From contig JBJECV010000002.1 in assembly GCA_051871435.1 (NCBI GenBank), positions 1 through 50,384 of the forward strand: a stretch of 50,384 bases of DNA, given 5' to 3'. Of this stretch, positions 49,104 through 50,384 are shown one piece after another. Position 1 is the first letter of the stretch; each line of letters starts with the position of its first letter. This stretch comes from Sodaliphilus sp. (lineage in GTDB: Bacteria; Bacteroidota; Bacteroidia; Bacteroidales; Muribaculaceae). The position numbers were made by a program, and so were the translations under genes. The notes beneath the pieces are model-generated. The model was given only the letters and a program-made list of their open reading frames with translations, did no database searches and was not told the origin of the DNA.

Positions 49104-49973
49104 ATGTCAAATAGTGTAAATCTTACATCTAAAGAATGGTGTGACCTCGTCTTTGAAGGCAAAAACAAAGAATTTGGTGCATACGTAATGCGTCAAAATT
49201 CCGCAAAGCGTCACAACATCGCATTCATGTGGATTATTATCGGATTCATTGCTTGCATTTTGCTCTACTTCGGTGTTTCTAAATACCTCGATATGAAGGC
49301 GGAAGAAGCTCGTGAAGCACTCCTCAAACAACAACAGGAAACTATCGTTAACCAAATGTCGGAAGAGGAGTCTGAAGAAGAAGTGGAAGACATCAAGCAA
49401 GAAGAACAACAAGAACCTGAAGAAGTTCAAGAAGCTCAGCAACAAGTAACCGAGCTCGCTATCGTTCCTGATGAAAAAGTAACTCAACCACCTCAATTGA
49501 CTACCGAAACTCAGAAGAACGAAGCCGACATCTCCGCACAAAATGTGGAAGGTCAGCTCGGTGGACTCGTTACCGAAATTAAGCCGCAAGAGGCTCCCAA
49601 GCCCGTGGCTCAGGTGGAACAAAAAGTACAAGTGGAGAAACCCGTTGAAGAAAACAAGGTGTTTACCTCTGTGGAACAAATGCCTCAATTCCCTGGCGGT
49701 GATGCAGCTCTCCTCAAGTACATCGGTTCTCACCTACAATATCCGGCAATGGCTCAAGAACAAGGTATTCAAGGTAAATGTGTGCTCCAATTCGTGGTTA
49801 CCAAAACCGGTAGCGTAGGTGAAGTGAAAGTAGTTCGCTCACTCAGCCCCGATTGCGACAACGAAGCAAAACGCGTGGTCCGCGGTCTTCCCAAGTTCAC
49901 TCCGGGTAAGCAAAACGGTCAAGCAGTTAACGTGTGGTACACCCTCCCCGTTACCTTCAAGCTCCAAAACTAA
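49104..49973 (+). CDS. tonB: Energy transducer TonB
   Basis: DLVFEGKNKEFGAY, a TM helix, an acidic linker, and VEQMPQFPGG...YPAMAQEQGIQG...PGKQNG C-terminal domain. Confidence 0.95.
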   Translation: MSNSVNLTSKEWCDLVFEGKNKEFGAYVMRQNSAKRHNIAFMWIIIGFIACILLYFGVSKYLDMKAEEAREALLKQQQETIVNQMSEEESEEEVEDIKQEEQQEPEEVQEAQQQVTELAIVPDEKVTQPPQLTTETQKNEADISAQNVEGQLGGLVTEIKPQEAPKPVAQVEQKVQVEKPVEENKVFTSVEQMPQFPGGDAALLKYIGSHLQYPAMAQEQGIQGKCVLQFVVTKTGSVGEVKVVRSLSPDCDNEAKRVVRGLPKFTPGKQNGQAVNVWYTLPVTFKLQN

Positions 49974-50012
49974 TACAGTTATCCTCGAATAATTCAAAAG
50001 AATTATAACCCC

Positions 50013-50050
50013 AAAGTCGCAAGTGACCTAACCCTCACTTGCGACTTTTT
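50013..50050 (+). terminator. Intrinsic terminator after tonB
   Basis: AAAGTCGCAAGTGA-CCTAACCC-TCACTTGCGACTTTTT. Confidence 0.9.
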
Positions 50051-50255
50051 CATTCCTACCACCATTTAGAACAAATTTGAAATCAAAAGAAAAATAGTGG
50101 TGGCAAGAAATTTTTGATAGCCTGAAAAGGAAGAATTTTTCGTCAACTACATCCGTCGGTAATCTCCCTAAGAACCTTAAAGACTTTTACTACTTTAATC
50201 ACATCCACGCAAATCCTTCCACCTCGGATGCACAAATAATATCCCAATTCCATCA

Positions 50256-50300
50256 TGCCATATTGGGCTTTACATCCTCCCTTCACCTACCGTATCTTTG
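50256..50300 (+). promoter_or_regulatory. Dispersed promoter-like motif, copy 3
   Basis: TGCCATATTGGG-CTTTAC...TATCTTTG, with the same 25-nt spacing as copy 1. Confidence 0.5.
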
Positions 50301-50330
50301 TCCAAAGTTCTTTGATTTCGGGGTTATATT

Positions 50331-50384
50331 GGGTCAGTAGAAAAATAGTGGGGGCAAGCATAAATTCTGGAGAGCCCGAAATTC
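50331..50384 (+). mobile_element. Probable end of another MITE/IS-family copy continuing beyond the window
   Basis: GGGTCAGTAGAAAAATAGTGGGGGCAA matches the TIR family (compare GGCTCTGTAGAAAAACAGTGGGGCAA, the reverse complement of 24346-24371). Confidence 0.65.

Overview
A Bacteroidales chromosomal segment. Evidence for the taxon: TAnnTTTG -7 promoter boxes upstream of most genes, no Shine-Dalgarno sequences, and a Muribaculaceae/Prevotella-style T9SS-like C-terminal tail on the CotH protein. Coding content is mostly housekeeping: aroC (partial), ybaK, an AraC regulator divergent from an RND efflux trio, tilS, rpmE2, a lipid kinase, an alpha-glucan cluster (debranching enzyme/GT4/GH57), prolyl oligopeptidase, ettA, MATE, OmpA, tkt, CotH kinase, a FucP-like MFS, yggS, yigZ, a thioesterase, a PHP phosphatase, nqrABCDEF and exbB-exbD-exbD-tonB. 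I found no rRNA, tRNA, CRISPR array or transposase. The unusual content is non-coding. (1) A 746-bp non-autonomous element (23626-24371) has 22-bp terminal inverted repeats and a perfect 8-bp target duplication, and is filled with REP-like hairpin modules that recur, rearranged, at 37.2-37.7 kb. (2) A dispersed GCGAAGC mini-hairpin repeat (12.6 and 23.4 kb) shows compensatory substitutions and is preceded by a shared promoter-like motif. (3) A ~165-nt nested-hairpin leader with mutually exclusive terminator/antiterminator-like pairings lies ahead of an AT-rich two-gene islet (35.1-36.9 kb). All calls come from reading the sequence; no searches were run.
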